Of a stretch of DNA of 32,000 bases, positions 29,133 to 32,000 are shown piece after piece. A program made the translations under genes and the position numbers. The stretch lies in assembly GCA_934660865.1 (NCBI GenBank), contig CAKUIA010000012.1:30001-62000 (forward strand). The letters run 5' to 3'. The stretch comes from an uncultured Opitutales bacterium. GTDB lineage: Bacteria; Verrucomicrobiota; Verrucomicrobiia; Opitutales; Intestinicryptomonadaceae. Position 1 is the stretch's first letter; each line of letters begins with the position of its first letter. The notes under the pieces were generated by a model. The model searched no databases, was not told where the DNA came from, and worked only from the letters and a program-made list of their open reading frames with translations.

Positions 29133-30599
29133 ATGAAAGAAAAAATAGTTTCTACAATCAAAACGAGCGCGGGAGAGTTGCAACTTTCAGAAGACGCGCT
29201 TTGCAAACACACGATATTTATCGGCAGCACGGGCAGCGGAAAGACAACTTCGCTCAACGTGCTTCTTCGAGATATCATCGGCTACAATGCGAATGACGAA
29301 ATGCAAAAAGTCGGCTTGCTCGTCTTCGATTTAAAGGGCGACAACACGCTTTTTAAAATCCGAAAGTTGGCTAAGGAATGTGGACGCGAGGCTGACGTTA
29401 TCGACTATTGCGCCGACTCGCAGTTTTACTTCGACCCGCTCGGCGGCTTGGACAGTTTCCGCAATATTCCCGAATACGTCGAACGGCTTTACAACATCTT
29501 CCCATTCCAGAGTAGCGAGGTCTATTGGGAGCAGTCGTTAAGAAAGCGGTTCAAGACCGTGCTGACTTACTGCTTATTCCGACACGGAAGGATGACGTTT
29601 AAACTGTTCTTGGAAGAGCTGCGAGAGTTTACAACGGCGGATTCGACAAACGGTAATTGGCGCGGCGTGATGGATTCTATTGAGATGGTTTTGCGCGCGC
29701 TCGAAAAGAAGTCGAAAGGCACAGTCGCCGAATCATATGAAATCCTACGCGAACTTTTAGAGAACACGCGGGCGGGCGTTAACGAATGGCAACATCTTGA
29801 CCCGCGAACCAAGAGCAACGAGCTAAGCACGATGACGAACCTGGTTTCGAACTTCGGCAACCCAATTACTAATGGGCACATTTTCGAGGGGAAGAGCAAG
29901 ATGCGCTTGGACGTTGGCAAACTTGTGTGTGCAGGAAAGATTGTCGTGGCTTCGTTCGACGGCATCTCCAACAGGCAGTCGGCGGCGGCAATTTGCAAGC
30001 TCTTAAAGAGCGATGCCTACGGACACATTCAGACACGTCAAAATCCAAGCCGGCTTGTTGGTATTGTAATGGACGAGTTCCCGCTTGTGGCAACAGATGG
30101 CGAAAACATCTCGGGAGACGGCTTCAATATGCAGACAATTCGCTCAAAGCGCGGCTTTGTGATTGCCGCCACACAGGGACTTGTCGGGCTTGATTTGGCA
30201 ATCGGAGAACCCGCCCGTCGCAGGCTTATGACGAACTTCAACAACGTCTTCGTCTTCAAAAGCAACGAGCGCGAGGTGCTCGAACTGGTTGAAGATTTGA
30301 ACTTCTGTGAACCGCCGCAGAACAAAATCGGGTTCGGTAGTAATACCATTTGCGAAAAACGCGAACCTATAACGCTTGCCAATGCTCCCGCGGGCTACGC
30401 CGCGATAAAACTTGCCGACGGCTTCCAGTCAAAGGGTCTCGTTGAAATCGAGCGTCTCTATGTTGATACACCGCCAATGCCCGAAAATAGGCGCGAATCG
30501 GAAATCGACAAATGCGCAAAGGTTCTCCGAACCTACTTAAAGACAATCGATTTTAACGCCTGCCTTAACGGTAAATTTTTAGACAAAGACACTTTATAA
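29133..30599 (+). CDS. soluble TraG/TraD/VirD4-like (FtsK-HerA superfamily) P-loop NTPase
   Basis: 488 aa. It has Walker A HTIFIGSTGSGKTT (29223-29249), FDLKGD and FDPL motifs, Walker B IVMDEF (about 30060-30080), and RSKRGFVIAATQGL. Motif order and wording follow type IV coupling proteins, but there is no N-terminal TM segment. An AGGAGA RBS lies at 29117. Confidence 0.65.
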   Translation: MKEKIVSTIKTSAGELQLSEDALCKHTIFIGSTGSGKTTSLNVLLRDIIGYNANDEMQKVGLLVFDLKGDNTLFKIRKLAKECGREADVIDYCADSQFYFDPLGGLDSFRNIPEYVERLYNIFPFQSSEVYWEQSLRKRFKTVLTYCLFRHGRMTFKLFLEELREFTTADSTNGNWRGVMDSIEMVLRALEKKSKGTVAESYEILRELLENTRAGVNEWQHLDPRTKSNELSTMTNLVSNFGNPITNGHIFEGKSKMRLDVGKLVCAGKIVVASFDGISNRQSAAAICKLLKSDAYGHIQTRQNPSRLVGIVMDEFPLVATDGENISGDGFNMQTIRSKRGFVIAATQGLVGLDLAIGEPARRRLMTNFNNVFVFKSNEREVLELVEDLNFCEPPQNKIGFGSNTICEKREPITLANAPAGYAAIKLADGFQSKGLVEIERLYVDTPPMPENRRESEIDKCAKVLRTYLKTIDFNACLNGKFLDKDTL

Positions 30600-30602
30600 T
30601 CT

Positions 30603-30776
30603 ATGAAATCCCATCATTCAAAATCATTTTCGCGATACCTGCGCGAAATCAAAATCAGATACAAACGCGAATCGGCAAAACGAAGCTTTTTCGTAGCTTG
30701 CGAACATTGCGACCTGCCGATTCTCCACACGTCAAGGTTGCTTGCCAACAAACAACTCGCATACGAAAGGAACTAA
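30603..30776 (+). CDS. 57-aa basic protein with a CxxC motif
   Basis: Not in the ORF track. It starts 3 nt after the ATPase stop codon and ends 1 nt before the next ATG. It reads MKSHHSKSFSRYLREIKIRYKRESAKRSFFVACEHCDLPILHTSRLLANKQLAYERN. Confidence 0.4.
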   Translation: MKSHHSKSFSRYLREIKIRYKRESAKRSFFVACEHCDLPILHTSRLLANKQLAYERN

Positions 30777-30777
30777 A

Positions 30778-31212
30778 ATGGACGAAAAACTTTTTCACGC
30801 ACACAAAGACACACACAACCCGAACAACCCTTATCCCGAGTTTGTTCGCCAAGCGGCAAAACGCACGAAAGTACCGATTGAGCTTTTGACGCGCAAAAAA
30901 TATTGCGGGAAATCCGCTAACGGCAAAGGAGACAATCACCATATCTTGGATAAGTCGCTTTTCCCCAAGAAAGGAACGCCTACTATCAGCGTTTCAAAAG
31001 AAAAACACTTCGAACTTCAATGCCTGCTCGCCCAAGCCACAACCCTACAAGGCTATATGGACTACGAACAAGCCCTGAAAGCCGAATGCCCCGAAATCCA
31101 AAACCCCATCGCCCAAATCTACTGGCAACGCATAGAATCCCTCCATACCCCGTGGCGAATTAGGCTGACAGTGTGGGCAAAGAAGATTTTTAGGGTTTAC
31201 GTTGTTATATGA
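30778..31212 (+). CDS. hypothetical 144-aa protein with an NHH...H motif (possible HNH/EndoVII-like)
   Basis: I prefer the ATG at 30778, preceded by AAGGA, over the track TTG at 30742. The segment GDNHHILDKSLFP...KEKHFEL loosely resembles the xHH toxin/nuclease variants of the HNH fold. Confidence 0.4.
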   Translation: MDEKLFHAHKDTHNPNNPYPEFVRQAAKRTKVPIELLTRKKYCGKSANGKGDNHHILDKSLFPKKGTPTISVSKEKHFELQCLLAQATTLQGYMDYEQALKAECPEIQNPIAQIYWQRIESLHTPWRIRLTVWAKKIFRVYVVI

Positions 31213-31269
31213 TGGCGGGTGGGGGAATAGAGAAAATTACAGATAGGATATTGGGATGCCTTAAATGTA

Positions 31270-31602
31270 TTATTCGGAGTACAATTTTTCTCCTAGCGCC
31301 TCTATTTTCGCCATATTTGACTCTAGGATATTAAGTATTTCTTCTTTTGTTTGCACATTTAAAGCCATTTTATAATCTTCGTTATTGGGTAAGAGAATTC
31401 CCAATTCGCTAAAAGCATCTAAGATTCGCATCGATCTACCAAACCCGATATCAGCGGCTCTCATTGCCACACTAGAAGTACAATAACCTTTCTTTAACAT
31501 TGCGTCGATAATTTTCATTAATACTGTTTTTTTTGCTTTTTTCATTTTACGCCCAATTGATTGTGATTTCCTATGCATACCGAAACTCAACCATGGTTTC
31601 AA
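31270..31602 (-). CDS. standalone FtsK-gamma-like winged-helix protein
   Basis: The segment SSVAMRAADIGFGRSMRILDAFSELGILLP aligns by eye with the FtsK gamma core (ISxxQRxxRIGYNRAARIIEQMEAQGIV). The start is uncertain, with Met codons at 31602, 31578 and 31545. Confidence 0.5.
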   Translation of the reverse strand: MKPWLSFGMHRKSQSIGRKMKKAKKTVLMKIIDAMLKKGYCTSSVAMRAADIGFGRSMRILDAFSELGILLPNNEDYKMALNVQTKEEILNILESNMAKIEALGEKLYSE

Positions 31603-31664
31603 GATAATTTATTGACAAAATTATAAAAAATATCATCCTGAATAGGCGTCAGGATTACCGTTGC

Positions 31665-31964
31665 ATGGAAACAATAAACATTCAAAACATAGAAGACAAA
31701 TGGAAAAATTTTATTTGTGAAGAAAGCGATGTTCCCATCATAGGATTACTGCCGTTTCAAGGCCACGAAAAAAAACTTTTCTTAAATTGTATTGAAAATA
31801 TTCCCGTTGCGACCGAGAAACGTATCGTAGCGGAGTTATGCAACTTATTAGACAAATATCCATTTTCGACATCAATTTGGATTGCAACAATCGCTGCTGA
31901 AACATACGCAAATGGTGATTTTGGTCTGGGTTTTCCGATGGACTTGGGCTATCCCAAACACTAA
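31665..31964 (+). CDS. hypothetical 99-aa protein
   Basis: An intact ORF in an AT-richer stretch, with no motif I recognise. A 7-bp-stem hairpin (ATCCTGA/TCAGGAT) lies just upstream, in the interval between 31602 and 31665. Confidence 0.3.
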   Translation: METINIQNIEDKWKNFICEESDVPIIGLLPFQGHEKKLFLNCIENIPVATEKRIVAELCNLLDKYPFSTSIWIATIAAETYANGDFGLGFPMDLGYPKH

Positions 31965-32000
31965 CAGACCCCATAGCGAGAAAGGAATTATATTGTAAGT

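Overview
The window is a bacterial chromosomal segment of moderate GC content. By eye, GC drops in the last ~7 kb. Positions 1-8100 are housekeeping: an acnA 5' fragment, yebC, leuC and gyrB-gyrA. Positions 8100-13200 hold small membrane proteins and a divergent signalling cluster. The cluster has an ECF-type sigma factor with an unannotated coupled 58-aa ORF, facing a hypothetical gene, a membrane Ser/Thr kinase, an 81-aa protein and a YqiA-like hydrolase. Positions 13300-19800 are a complete tetR-MFP-RND-OMF efflux operon. Positions 20200-32000 look accessory. They begin with a 1530-aa type Va autotransporter lying divergent to a tyrosine recombinase. The 264-bp spacer between these two genes has a 13-bp inverted-repeat pair arranged like an invertible promoter switch. 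Next come 31-bp core-site-like direct repeats exactly 600 bp apart, which flank an internally deleted copy of a COG1373-type AAA ATPase gene, and then the intact ATPase gene. After that is a tightly packed four-gene operon built around a soluble TraG/VirD4-like P-loop ATPase. I consider this operon the best candidate for an undescribed system. The window ends with a standalone FtsK-gamma-like wHTH gene. I saw no rRNA, tRNA or CRISPR. Taxonomy cannot be fixed from the sequence; the sigma/kinase/autotransporter content is reminiscent of PVC-group bacteria, but that is only an impression. All homology statements come from motif recognition by eye, not from searches.
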